The notes beneath the pieces were generated by a model. It was not told the DNA's origin. It made no database searches and saw only the letters and a program-made list of their open reading frames with translations. From NCBI GenBank assembly GCA_965198115.1, contig OZ240241.1, forward strand, positions 128,001 to 192,000: a stretch of 64,000 nt of DNA, written 5' to 3'. Of the stretch, positions 49,964 to 60,339 are shown piece after piece. Position numbers and translations under genes: made by a program. Numbering within the stretch: position 1 is the first letter of the stretch; each line of letters starts with the position of its first letter. This stretch comes from Candidatus Latescibacterota bacterium (lineage in GTDB: Bacteria; Latescibacterota; UBA2968).

Positions 49964-51135
49964 AGTGGCCGATCGTCCTCTTGACGGCCGTCGTCCTGGC
50001 GTCTTCGGCAGAAGGCGCGTCGAGGTTGTTCTACCAGGGTGCGGGGGATCTGGCGTCGGATTTCGATGCCGACGGCGCAGTGACGTTCGCTGACTTTGTG
50101 GCTTTCGCCGAGCAGTTTGGACGGGTTTCCGACCATCCGACGTTCGATCCTGCCTTCGATCTGGATTTCGACGGCGCCATCGGCTTCGGGGACTTTTTGC
50201 GGTTCGCGAACGCGTTCGGAACCCAGGGCCGGCCGCAGCTATTTCCGGACCACTTGCTGTATGTGGTGGATGCCGGGTCGAGCCTGATCGACGTCTTCCG
50301 GCTCAGCGATCACCTCCACCAGGAGTTTCTTCCCTTCAGATCACCGACGGCCATCGTGGTGAGTCCCGACCAGCAGCGCGTCTTCGTGGCCGAGCGGTTC
50401 GGTCTGTTCGTTCTGAACACCGACCATCAGGTTCTTTTGTCGGTTCCGACGGGGGCCCCCGGGCGTCTCGCCATCTCCAGCGATCAGCGAACGGCCTACC
50501 TGGGCGAACAACAGAACGATCTGATTCGGGTGATCGACCTCGATCTGCAGATGACGGTCGACACGGTGAGCGTGGGCAGGGGCCCCGGCGACGTGGGGCT
50601 CTCGCCGGGGGGCCGATGGCTCTACGTGCTGAACGCCGGGGATATTTCGGTGGTCGATCTCTCTCAGCCTGCGGAAGTATTACGTATCGACGTCAACGGC
50701 GTACCCGGTTCGATCGACATCGCCGTCGACGGGCGGCAGGCCTATTACACGTTGGTCGATCGAGGTGCGGTCGGCGTCCTGGACCTGTCGACGAACCAGA
50801 TCATCGGTGAGATCGCTCTGGACGCAAGGGAGGCGAACGACCTCCGGTTATCGATCGACGGCGAGCGTCTGTATGTGAGTGCGGAACGGTCGCTGATCGA
50901 GATCGACTCCCAGAGGAACCTCGTGGTACGAAGCCTGGTGATCGGCGGTGGGACGAGTGCCATCGGACTGACACCCGATGGCGTGTGGGCCTACGTCGGT
51001 GCTTTGGAGCCGAATATCCTTAGGCCAGTCGTGGCTGTGGTGGACCTCGTGGCGTGGGAGGTCGTCGGAAGGATCCAGGGATTGTTGTTCCCCGTGGAGA
51101 TCGCGTTTCGTCAGACGGTGTCCGGCGCGAACTGA
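49960..51135 (+). CDS. Secreted protein with paired EF-hand/dockerin-like motifs and a YVTN/YncE-like beta-propeller
   Basis: Signal peptide, DFDADGAVTFADF and DLDFDGAIGFGDF, repeated SPDxxxxYV blades. Confidence 0.85.
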   Translation: MKWPIVLLTAVVLASSAEGASRLFYQGAGDLASDFDADGAVTFADFVAFAEQFGRVSDHPTFDPAFDLDFDGAIGFGDFLRFANAFGTQGRPQLFPDHLLYVVDAGSSLIDVFRLSDHLHQEFLPFRSPTAIVVSPDQQRVFVAERFGLFVLNTDHQVLLSVPTGAPGRLAISSDQRTAYLGEQQNDLIRVIDLDLQMTVDTVSVGRGPGDVGLSPGGRWLYVLNAGDISVVDLSQPAEVLRIDVNGVPGSIDIAVDGRQAYYTLVDRGAVGVLDLSTNQIIGEIALDAREANDLRLSIDGERLYVSAERSLIEIDSQRNLVVRSLVIGGGTSAIGLTPDGVWAYVGALEPNILRPVVAVVDLVAWEVVGRIQGLLFPVEIAFRQTVSGAN

Positions 51136-51392
51136 TCGGCGAGTCCACCCCTTCCGATGGCGATGACTCGCCATTCGAGCAGGTCTCCGAGGGCAGAGGT
51201 CTCCAGGTCCTGTGTAAGGACGTTCCAGGCGTCGAAGTCTCTCAATCGAGACACGCAGAAGTATGCCCGAGCAGGATCGCGTGTAGAAAGTGTTGATAAA
51301 TAGACGGTTATTGCGTATCGGTTTAGTCGATGACTGGCCGGGTTTTGGGCGGATAAGGGCCACGATGCGGGATAACGACCAGGGCTACACGG

Positions 51393-51809
51393 ATGGCAGA
51401 CGAGAACAACAGAAAGAAGAACGATCAGCCGCCGGAAGGATTTTTTACGAACATCTTCCGGCCCTGGAAGCGGCAACGGGTAACCTTGACACCGCTCGGC
51501 AAGGGGGCCGAACCGAAGGCGAAGGGGCGCGCGAAGAAGACGAAAAAAGTCAAGGGGAAGAAGACCGCAGCCGCCAAGAAAACGAAAAAAGCCGTCGCGA
51601 AACAGACAGCACCCCAGACGAGCGCTCGTCAGCGCCAGATCAACGAACTCAAGACCCTGGCCAAGATCGGAAAGCGAGATCCCGAACGGCTCGTGGCAAT
51701 CATTGCCAAGATGCTGCTCGAGGACGAGGAACAGGCCCGGAACGATCGACTTCGCTTCGAACGTTTAATCTGGGAAAAGGCCGAGAAACGGAATCCAGAC
51801 GAGGAATAA
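51393..51809 (+). CDS. Hypothetical basic protein with a Lys/Ala-rich segment
   Basis: Coherent ORF followed by a terminator, containing KKTKKVKGKKTAAAKKTKK. Confidence 0.7.
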   Translation: MADENNRKKNDQPPEGFFTNIFRPWKRQRVTLTPLGKGAEPKAKGRAKKTKKVKGKKTAAAKKTKKAVAKQTAPQTSARQRQINELKTLAKIGKRDPERLVAIIAKMLLEDEEQARNDRLRFERLIWEKAEKRNPDEE

Positions 51810-51835
51810 AACGGCCGGCAACAGTTTGAATACGG

Positions 51836-51865
51836 GCGGGGCGTCGAGCGACGCGCCGCTTTTTT
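51836..51865 (+). terminator. Intrinsic terminator whose T-tract is the ISL3 copy 4 target
   Basis: GCGGGGCGTCG-AG-CGACGCGCCGC followed by TTTTTT. Confidence 0.7.
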
Positions 51866-51867
51866 AT

Positions 51868-53289
51868 GGCTATATCCGGATCTCTCAACGAGATGAAGTG
51901 GGTGAAGGTGCCGTGGTTCCTGGCATGGGGGCGCGGTTAGAGTGTGCGGAACCTCTTCGGAATCTGCTCAGGGATGTTTATGTCTCCGACGGTAAGGAAG
52001 ATCATATCGTTGAATGCGTCGAGTGTGCGGAATCCGCTGGCTCGGTTCTTGACGATTTGGACGATTCGGTTGAGGCCTTCGGCGATGGCGTTGGTAAGAC
52101 GCGTGTTCACGAATGCGAGGACGCCGAAGAAGTGCTGTCGCAGGGTCCTGACGAACTTTCGCAGGGGTTCAAGTCGACTTCTGAGTGCGGACGTCGTCCA
52201 GCATTTCAGGAAGCGTTCGGCAGCCCAGGGCGCTTTGTATTCCCAGAACTGCTCGAACTCGTCCTTGAGTCTCCAGGCTCTATAGATTCGGTAGTTCGCC
52301 TTCTCCAGTGCTTTGAGTGTCCGAGTATCCCCTCTGGAGCGTGTCGCTGAGTGCCGGTAGAGGAGCCATCGGAGGCCCTTCATGGCTTTGCGCTCATCCG
52401 GGGCAGCTTCACGCCACTGGTCCTTACGGACCTCGTCAACGGCGGCATTGAGAGCCTTGACGATGTGAAAGCGATCGAGGACCAGCTTGGCATTCGGACA
52501 GTGTTCCTGGATGGCTCCGATGTAAGCTTCGCTCATGTCGCAGCAGGCCCACTCGATCTTGGATCTCTGGTAGGGACTGAGAGCCTCTGTGAAGAACCGA
52601 TCGATCGTTTTACGCGCCCTGCCGCGGCCAACCCACACCACGCAGGAGCGGTCCAGATCGTAAACGAGCGTGGCGTACCTGTGACGCTTGGCGTAGGAGA
52701 TCTCGTCGATCCCGATGGTTTTGAGCCCTCGGATACGATGACCTTCACGAAGCCGCGTGATGGATCGGTGAAGGAGATCCGACAGCGTCGAGGCAGAGAT
52801 GCGCAGTAACTCGGACGCCGCCTTCTGCGTCATGGTCTGGCAGTAGCGCAGCATGGCATACTCGAAGCGATACGTCACCCGAGAGAACCGCTCCGCCCAC
52901 GGAATCTCCTCGACCACACGACCGTGGGTAGGACACCGAATCTCCCGAGGATGGTAGAGAAGCCAGACCCTCCACCCGCACACCGGAATGTCACGCCACC
53001 GACGCGGATGGGGCATTGTGCGGACGATTTTACCTCGACGGCCGCACTCTGGACAACAACAACCATTCTTATGTGGCTTTACGGCGATGACGAAGCAGCT
53101 TCTCCCCCCAAACCACCAGCTGACAACACGGAACCCCTTGAATCTCAGCAGTTTCGATAGTAATCTGCTCCCGGTCATAGGTCGCACCCCCCCTTCGCTT
53201 TGATTGTCCTACACACACAACCAAGCGTAGGGAACGATCTATGACCTTGTCATTCTATAGTTTCACCGTTGAGAAACCCGGATAGAGCC
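51868..53289 (-). mobile_element. ISL3 copy 4 (1422 bp, transposase 51937-53187)
   Basis: Same termini. 8-bp TSD TTTTTTAT at 51860-51867 and 53290-53297. Confidence 0.95.
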
Positions 53290-53293
53290 TTTT

Positions 53294-53749
53294 TTATTTT
53301 GGGAGCTGAAGGACTTCGATCATCACGCGGGCGACGCCTTCGCTGACCATGCCGAGTTCCTCTGCCGCGCCGAGCGAGAGGTCGAGGACCCGCCCGGGTA
53401 TGAAAGGACCCCGATCGTTGATCCGAACCCGGAGCTGGTTGCCGTTGCCGAGGTGGGTCACGCGGATGATGGTTCCCAGTGGGAGTTCGCGGTGGGCCGC
53501 GGTCATGGCATACATGTCGAAGGTTTCACCGTTTGCTGTCTTGCGGCCGTGGAACTTGTGGGCGTAGTAAGAGGCTCGACCGACCTGATAGGCTCCCTCA
53601 GTGCTGATTTCGGTTGGCCGAGCGTGAGAAGGGGATCCCGGGTTGGCTGCCGTTTGCGTGCCGACGGGATTCGCCACCGGCTTGCGATACCGCGGTGCGG
53701 CCGTGCAGGCGACGACCAGGGCGAGCGCAATCGGGAAAACTCGGGTCAC
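53294..53749 (-). CDS. rlpA: RlpA-like septal lytic transglycosylase lipoprotein
   Basis: Lipobox LVVAC, GRASYY...[10 protein letters not shown]...[22 protein letters not shown] start overlaps the pyrD stop. Confidence 0.92.
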   Translation of the reverse strand: MTRVFPIALALVVACTAAPRYRKPVANPVGTQTAANPGSPSHARPTEISTEGAYQVGRASYYAHKFHGRKTANGETFDMYAMTAAHRELPLGTIIRVTHLGNGNQLRVRINDRGPFIPGRVLDLSLGAAEELGMVSEGVARVMIEVLQLPK

Positions 53750-54660
53750 GGAAGACGGAGGCTGCTCGTGAGGTCGGTCACGCGATCGATCTCTTTCCGG
53801 CGGCAGTGATCGGCGATGCCATTCGCAATCTGCGGCCCGGCGAGGGGGTCGATGAAGGTGGCTGTTCCTACCTGAACCGCGTCGGCACCGGCCATCATGA
53901 ATTCGATCGCGTCGGTCGCATTGGAGATGCCGCCCATGCCGACGATGGGAACGTTGACAACGGCCGCGACCTTCCACGTGAGGGCGAGGGCCACGGGTTT
54001 GATCGCCGGACCGGAGAGTCCGCCGGTGACGTTGCCCAGAATCGGTCGGGCGGTTTCGGTGTCGATGGCCATGCCGAGCAAGGTGTTGATGAGCGCGATC
54101 CCGTCTGCGCCGCCAGCCTCTACGGCCGTGGCGATGGGAACGATGTCGGTGACGTTCGGGGTAAGCTTGACGATGACGGGTACGGTCGACACGTCTTTGA
54201 CGGCTCGCGTGACGTCGCGGGCGGCCTCTTCCCGACAGCCGAAGAGCATGCCGCCATCTTTCATGTTGGGCGATGAGATGTTGAGTTCGAGCGCGTCGAA
54301 ACCGCCACGGTCGCAAAGGACCTTGGCCATTTCGGCGAATTCATCGCTGGAAGTGCCGGCGATGCTGACGATGCGCGCCGTGGGCAGCGAAGACAACGGT
54401 GGAAGCTTTTCGGCGATGAAGCCCTCCAGCCCGGGGTTCGTCAGACCGATCGAGTTGAGCATGCCGGACGGGGTCTCGGCCGTCCGGGGCGGTGGGTTAC
54501 CGGCGCGCGGGTGACGGGTGATGGTCTTGGTGACGACTCCGCCGATTCGATTGAAATCGAAGAGCCCCTGGTATTCGGCGCCGTGTCCGAAGGTGCCCGA
54601 GGCCATCAGGACGGGGTTGCGGAGCTCGAGTCCGCCGCCGACGTGTACGGTGAGATCCAT
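53746..54660 (-). CDS. pyrD: Dihydroorotate dehydrogenase family 1B, catalytic subunit
   Basis: [52 protein letters not shown]. Confidence 0.95.
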   Translation of the reverse strand: MDLTVHVGGGLELRNPVLMASGTFGHGAEYQGLFDFNRIGGVVTKTITRHPRAGNPPPRTAETPSGMLNSIGLTNPGLEGFIAEKLPPLSSLPTARIVSIAGTSSDEFAEMAKVLCDRGGFDALELNISSPNMKDGGMLFGCREEAARDVTRAVKDVSTVPVIVKLTPNVTDIVPIATAVEAGGADGIALINTLLGMAIDTETARPILGNVTGGLSGPAIKPVALALTWKVAAVVNVPIVGMGGISNATDAIEFMMAGADAVQVGTATFIDPLAGPQIANGIADHCRRKEIDRVTDLTSSLRLP

Positions 54661-55457
54661 TACCAGACGATTTCGTGGGCGTCGACGACGGGACCGTCGA
54701 GACAGACTCGCTTGTAGCGCTCTTCCTCACGTTCGGGTCGGCGTTGTTCGACGACACAGCCGACGCAGGCGCCAAAACCGCACGCCATGTGATTTTCGAG
54801 GGAGGCGAAACAAGGACGCGTCAGGTCGGCGGCGATGTGGGCGACCCGGGCCATCATCGGGTGAGGACCGCACGTGAGGAGGGTCGTTTCGGGGGTCGTG
54901 TTCGTTTCGATCAGATCGGTGACGAAGCCGGCGTGGCCGGTCGTTCCGTCGTCTGTCGCGAGGTGACGGCAGAGCTCTGTGGGGAGGAGGCCATCGAGGT
55001 CGGGGAGCCGAGACGCCGTGTTGGCCCCGATCAGCAGCGTCATTGTGGAGAGTTGTCGCGGGTGTTCCCACGCGAGAAAGGCGAGGGGTACGATGCCGAC
55101 ACCCCCTGCGATGAGGAGGAGGTGTCCATCTGGCGGCACGAAGGGGCGTCCGAGCGGACCGAGTATGCCGAAGGTATCACCCGGTGTTGCCTGCTTCAGG
55201 CGAATCGTCCCAGGTCCGATGACGTCGTAGTAGATTTCGAACCAACCGGCATCGCGGTCGACGCGTAGAAAGCTGAATGGTCTTCGCAAGTAGGGAGCGC
55301 CTGCATCGTCGGTCAGAACCTGCACGAATTGCGCGGGACGGGCGGCATCTGCGATTGAGGCTGCATCGAGACGCATCACGTAGAGATTTCGACCGACCTC
55401 CCTGTTGGAGACGACCGTAGCAGTCTGATCGAGAAAGTTGGGGATCGAAAGGTTTAT
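54660..55457 (-). CDS. pyrK: Dihydroorotate dehydrogenase electron-transfer subunit
   Basis: LRRPFS, GPLG, GGVG, CGPHPMM, MACGFGACVGC...VCLDGPV. The frame is open upstream to an ATA at 55457, so the start is uncertain. Confidence 0.9.
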   Translation of the reverse strand: MNLSIPNFLDQTATVVSNREVGRNLYVMRLDAASIADAARPAQFVQVLTDDAGAPYLRRPFSFLRVDRDAGWFEIYYDVIGPGTIRLKQATPGDTFGILGPLGRPFVPPDGHLLLIAGGVGIVPLAFLAWEHPRQLSTMTLLIGANTASRLPDLDGLLPTELCRHLATDDGTTGHAGFVTDLIETNTTPETTLLTCGPHPMMARVAHIAADLTRPCFASLENHMACGFGACVGCVVEQRRPEREEERYKRVCLDGPVVDAHEIVW

Positions 55458-55726
55458 CGTGGTTCTCCACCTGGCAGGACGTCACTGGCACACCGAAACC
55501 CCAACGAATTTCGACTGTGATCCCGAGATGCATTCGATCTGAATCGATGGATGTGAAACGCGGTCGGACAAACCTCACTCACGGTCCCTCCTCGGCAACC
55601 TCTTTGGCGACGAGCACCGTTTCGTGGATCGTAGCACCAGCTATTTGCGTTTGAGTGAAGGCTCACGATCGCACGATGTGAATCGAGCGCGCATCGACAA
55701 GGGTCGGACTGTCGACATCACCGGTT

Positions 55727-56644
55727 TCACTTCTCAGGGGCTTGGTCGGTCTCTCGGTTGGTGATCTGGTAGAATCCGTCGATCCAGGCGGTCACCGCCT
55801 TGCCACCTTTCTTGGCTGGCCGATACTCCTGTTGGGAGACGGCGTCTTCAGCGGCTTTTCTTAAGATCTCGGGGCCGCCGGTGATCTCGACCTCCAAAAC
55901 CTTTCCTTCGGGACCGATCTTCGCTCGGTATTCGACGCAGCCGCTGATGCCCTGTTCGGCGACGTCCGGGGGCCACTCTGGATCGACACGCTTCAGGAGC
56001 GATGGTTTAGAGTCAGCCTCTTGAGCAGTGGACAGACTCTTTCCCCCTGAAGCGACGAAGTTGACCTCAACAGCCACCCACGTTCCCGCCTGCGGACGAT
56101 TCTTTTCGGGAATTCGAAACCGCTCCGTCTCTCCGATGGCATCGGCCTCCAACAAGCCTTTTCCGGCAAGAGCCTCTGTTCTGCCCGCTTTCCCATCCTG
56201 ATCGACGCGCATGCCGACGAAGTACTTTCCGACGGCGGAATCCCCGTGGGCATCGCGGAGGTGCGCGGGTAGATTGATTTCGATCTTATAGGGCGCGCCT
56301 ACCTCTTCCTCAATTTTAGCCTTCTGCGAAATGCCGAGATCCTTCCAGCGCTCGAACCATTCCGATGCAGTGGGATAGTCTTCGAGATCGTTGTGGATGC
56401 GCCCAAGGTAGTAGACCGCGCGGGCGTTCTTCGAGTCCGCAGCGAAAGCCTTCTCCATGCATTGTCTGGCTTCTTGCAGATTTCCGCTTTCGTAGATCTG
56501 CAGTCCGAGCATCAGATATCTTCTGGACGCACTGTTCCCCGTTCCATCCGATGCCAACGCCGGGATCGGACACAGAACGAGCACTAAGGCAAGTGCGGGG
56601 CCAATTCTCTTCGTAGAGAGAACGAAACTCTGGATGTTCCTCAT
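55727..56644 (-). CDS. Exported TPR protein with two TonB-C-like domains
   Basis: Signal peptide, TPR (AVYYLGRI), then MRVDQDGK and PSLLKRVDPEWP...GCVEYRAKIGPEGKV...YRPAKKGGKAV. ATGA coupling with the upstream gene. Confidence 0.82.
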   Translation of the reverse strand: MRNIQSFVLSTKRIGPALALVLVLCPIPALASDGTGNSASRRYLMLGLQIYESGNLQEARQCMEKAFAADSKNARAVYYLGRIHNDLEDYPTASEWFERWKDLGISQKAKIEEEVGAPYKIEINLPAHLRDAHGDSAVGKYFVGMRVDQDGKAGRTEALAGKGLLEADAIGETERFRIPEKNRPQAGTWVAVEVNFVASGGKSLSTAQEADSKPSLLKRVDPEWPPDVAEQGISGCVEYRAKIGPEGKVLEVEITGGPEILRKAAEDAVSQQEYRPAKKGGKAVTAWIDGFYQITNRETDQAPEK

Positions 56645-59600
56645 TCTAGGCGAAACCTCAGCGAGTGTGACATCCATACAGCTACCGCCCGGCCCTCCAG
56701 GACAGCAGGTTCGAACACCGACTGCCGCGCTGCGTTTCTGGCAGCGTCGTGGAATACGTCGTCTCCCTCGAGGACGACGGTTTCACCGACCCGACCATTT
56801 TCGAGGACAAGAGATTTGACACGCACGCTGCCCTCCAGCCTCGCTTGCCTGGCGACCTGGGGAAACTCTGGCTCCGCCGATTTCAGCAATCGAGGCGCGA
56901 CATCGACGGCGGTTATGTCAACCGGTCCGACCCTCTTGGTGATGAAAGCCCCGTTCGGGTTGTTGAAGTGGACCGACCTGCTCTTCTTGAAGGTAGCCGT
57001 TACCTCGAGAAGGTCATCGGGAAAGATCTCGGGGAGAGGGGAGAAGGGAGCAGCCTGTCTGATGGATTTGAGTCTGGGTTTTACCTCGAGCTCCGTGTAT
57101 TCGTCGTCATCCTCGTGGTCGATCTTATCGGCCCTCCCATCCCGGTGAATCCTGAAACGAATCGTCACTCCTCCGTCCCGAGGATCGGTGTCGGGGGTCT
57201 GATCGGGCGTGAGTGAGGCGTTCGACACGATCTGATCGGCCGTTTCCACGGGAAGCAACTCCCCACCAGGAAGATCCTCGGCCTCCAAATTCGATAGGAT
57301 CCGATAGCGAAGATCCCGCATGTATGGGGCGAATTCCCACTCGTAGCTGCTGAATCGAAGATCGATTCTTCCAACGGACTCCAGGATCGCGGTCGGCACG
57401 CGGATGTTTTCTCCATCCTCGTTGTCTGGGGGCGGCGACCCAGAGGGGTCGGGTGTGGACTCGACGTCGATAGTCGTGGCCATCCAGATGTCGCGCGGGA
57501 TACCTTCGTGGCTGCCCGGCGCAAACCTGAACTTGCCTGCGGCAGCGACCAGTTTGTCTCTCAATCCGAGCCCCAACGGCAGATCGATGTCCTTGATCGA
57601 TCCTTTGGCTCCGACCAGAAATCTCACTTCGGTAGAATCCGTATTCTCCGTCGTTCCGTGAATCCTCAAGAGGACACGTCGAATGATACGCGGTTTGGCG
57701 TCTGCCTCACCGTAAGACAGTGGTTGGAACGAAAACTCACCCGAACTTCGGACTCTACCCCTGAACGGGACAGACTCGCTGTCGACGGCAATCGGGATCT
57801 CTACCCACGCGGCTACCGGGTCGCCAAGGTAGGTGGCTGGTTCGAATCGGTGGCTGGTGACGAACCGTTTGGCCGTTCGGTCGAGCCCCCGAGGGCCGCT
57901 TACGTACTGCACGTCCTCTACGCGGCCGTCGGTGCCGACCAGGGCGCTTACGATGGCCGTCGCCCCCTCGAATCTCGGATTCGGCGTTCCGAGATCAGCT
58001 GCCGAGGTGATCACGGGTGGGGTATCGGTCTGGAAGACCTGGAGAACCGGTCTCGCGCCGTCTTTCGAATCTTTTTTCGTGGGCCGTTCGAGGATGTCGA
58101 TGCCTGTTTCCATCCAGACATCCCTCGGCTTGCCTCGATGCTTGCCCGGTTCGAATTTAAACTTCTTCGCGGCTGCCACGACCTTCCTCGTCAGGTCAGG
58201 GGAGCGATACTGTGGCTCGATCAGTTTTGCGGTCCCGTCTTCACCTACGAGGAATTTGACCCCGATCCATTCAGGATGGGCGTGGGCTTCGTCGATTCGG
58301 ACTTCCGATCTTTCGACGATGCTGGGTTTGGTCTCGGCATCGGCGTAGGATAGGGGTGGCAGGGGGACGGGGCCCGAGCGTTCGATCTGACCCGTGAACG
58401 GACGAGACGCCTCCCGTATGTCGATCGGGATCTCGATCCAAGAAGCCACGTAGCTCCCGAAGTGACGAGCGGGAATGAATCGGTGATCCCGAGCCAGTTT
58501 TTCACCCGTCGATTTGAGTTTCGAGGGTCCGTTGACGTAGGTCGTTCGTTTCGGCACACCGTCGCGCCCGACGAGTATTCTGACGATCACGGTTGCCTCT
58601 TCATCGGGCGTCTCTTCGGGTTCGGCAGTTTTGTAAACGATCGGGGGTGTGTCCGTGTCAAACGCCTCGAAAGGTGGTGTTCCCGGATCGCCAGAATCGA
58701 GGTGCTTTCCGTCGAGTTTCTCTTCGACCGTTTCTGCAAAGCTGGTTCCGATGTAGTCGTTCAGGACTCTCTCGTAGTACCTGCGGGCGTGAGGGAGATC
58801 CTTTAGGTGATTTTCATAGATCCAGCCCGTCGTGAACAGCGCCTGTGGCGCAAAGAAACTGTTCGGGTATTCCTCGGCGACCTGTTCGAGGATGGTCACG
58901 ATCTCCTCCGGCGCCACTCCTTCTTCCAGAAGCGATTCGGCCTCGAGGTAGCGGGCTTCTGCCAGAAGGTCGTCAGATCGATTGGCGTCGATCCGGTTGC
59001 GTGCTTCGACGGCATAGGGGGTTGTGGGGTAGGCCTCGAGCAGTCGTGTGAAGGCCTGCCGTGCCTCCGTCTCGTCTTTCAGGCTGTCGGCGTGGATGAG
59101 GGCGATCGCGAATAGGGCCTTCGGAGCCAGCTGCGGGTCATCGGCTTCGGCACGATTCAGAGCCCGTTCGTAGGTCGCGAGGGCCGAGTCGATTTCTCCC
59201 AGGTTGAAGAGGTAGAGCTCGGCGAGATCGAACATTGAAGCCAGGCCGCGTTTGCCGTCCCTTTCCGATTGCTTTCGGACTTTGTCGAGAAGGAAGAGTG
59301 TCTTCTCCATCGCTCCGGCGCGTTCGGCTGCCGTCGTGCCTCCCCGCTCGAGCCGGGCAGCTTTGAGGTGCTCCATGGCCGCTTCGCTGTCGCCTAGCGT
59401 TCGGTAGTCGATCAGCCCCATCTGGTAGTAGGCTTCGGCGCTGTGTTCGGTCCTCGGATACTGCTTGATGATGGCATTGTAGGCGTCGACCGCGTCTTCG
59501 ATTTGCCCTCTCAGGGTGAATACGTTCGCCTTCATCAGTTGAACTCGCGGCCTGTAGTCTTCGAACCTCTTGATTCTAGCAATGCCTTCGTAGATCCTTA

Positions 59601-60339
59601 GCGCGGCATCGAAATCGCCATTCAGCTCGTGAACGCGGCCAATCTGTTGGCGGGCGTAGAAGCCGGTGACGTCGTCCGGATCGCTGCGGAGAACGTTCTG
59701 GTAGGCTGCGAGTGAGGCGTCGAGGTTTTCCGTGTCAAAGTGAGCGTCTCCGAGATCACGCCAGATGCGCGCCAGAAGGTTTTTGTCGCGCTCCCCTTCG
59801 AGGAGCCCATTGAACAGGTCGATCGCTGTTTCGACGTTGCCTTCGGCGAACTCGAGCTCGGCCAGCGCAAGACGGGCGTGCCAAGCGAATGGTCCAGTGC
59901 TCTGTCCTACCGCGGCGAGTGTCGAGCGGGCTTCTGCGAATTCTTCACGCCCCCACAAGGAAAGACCCATCCAGTAGCGAGCTTCGACGAGGAGTGAACT
60001 TTCGGGGAAGTTGTCCACGAGCTCGTTGAATTTCTGGACGGCATCGGTGTGCTCCTCACGCCAGTAGTAGGCTTTGCCCATGAGGAGCAGGCTGTCATCT
60101 ACCAGGTCGCTGTCGGGGTGGAGCTGCAGGATCGAGGAGGCTTTTCGGATCGCGGAGAGGTAGTAGGTGAGGTAGTTGTTTTTGAGGCCCCGGTTTTCTG
60201 GGTCGGCTTCAGACTTGGCGCGTTCTTCTTCGGCTTGCCTATATCGCTTCTTGGCGTTGTAGAAGGTGTTGTAGTAGACGCACGACTCGAGGAAGAATGC
60301 GGTGGCTACGCAGAGGCTGAGTCGAAGGAAGCGAGTCAT
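56641..60339 (-). CDS. Large lipoprotein: TPR solenoid plus six TonB/TolA C-terminal-like domains
   Basis: Lipobox FLESC, YYNTFYNA, many BamD/CpoB-like TPRs (xxYPxS/T), repeated V.x.LVG.DG...F.P...G..V..W modules. Confidence 0.85.
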   Translation of the reverse strand: MTRFLRLSLCVATAFFLESCVYYNTFYNAKKRYRQAEEERAKSEADPENRGLKNNYLTYYLSAIRKASSILQLHPDSDLVDDSLLLMGKAYYWREEHTDAVQKFNELVDNFPESSLLVEARYWMGLSLWGREEFAEARSTLAAVGQSTGPFAWHARLALAELEFAEGNVETAIDLFNGLLEGERDKNLLARIWRDLGDAHFDTENLDASLAAYQNVLRSDPDDVTGFYARQQIGRVHELNGDFDAALRIYEGIARIKRFEDYRPRVQLMKANVFTLRGQIEDAVDAYNAIIKQYPRTEHSAEAYYQMGLIDYRTLGDSEAAMEHLKAARLERGGTTAAERAGAMEKTLFLLDKVRKQSERDGKRGLASMFDLAELYLFNLGEIDSALATYERALNRAEADDPQLAPKALFAIALIHADSLKDETEARQAFTRLLEAYPTTPYAVEARNRIDANRSDDLLAEARYLEAESLLEEGVAPEEIVTILEQVAEEYPNSFFAPQALFTTGWIYENHLKDLPHARRYYERVLNDYIGTSFAETVEEKLDGKHLDSGDPGTPPFEAFDTDTPPIVYKTAEPEETPDEEATVIVRILVGRDGVPKRTTYVNGPSKLKSTGEKLARDHRFIPARHFGSYVASWIEIPIDIREASRPFTGQIERSGPVPLPPLSYADAETKPSIVERSEVRIDEAHAHPEWIGVKFLVGEDGTAKLIEPQYRSPDLTRKVVAAAKKFKFEPGKHRGKPRDVWMETGIDILERPTKKDSKDGARPVLQVFQTDTPPVITSAADLGTPNPRFEGATAIVSALVGTDGRVEDVQYVSGPRGLDRTAKRFVTSHRFEPATYLGDPVAAWVEIPIAVDSESVPFRGRVRSSGEFSFQPLSYGEADAKPRIIRRVLLRIHGTTENTDSTEVRFLVGAKGSIKDIDLPLGLGLRDKLVAAAGKFRFAPGSHEGIPRDIWMATTIDVESTPDPSGSPPPDNEDGENIRVPTAILESVGRIDLRFSSYEWEFAPYMRDLRYRILSNLEAEDLPGGELLPVETADQIVSNASLTPDQTPDTDPRDGGVTIRFRIHRDGRADKIDHEDDDEYTELEVKPRLKSIRQAAPFSPLPEIFPDDLLEVTATFKKSRSVHFNNPNGAFITKRVGPVDITAVDVAPRLLKSAEPEFPQVARQARLEGSVRVKSLVLENGRVGETVVLEGDDVFHDAARNAARQSVFEPAVLEGRAVAVWMSHSLRFRLE

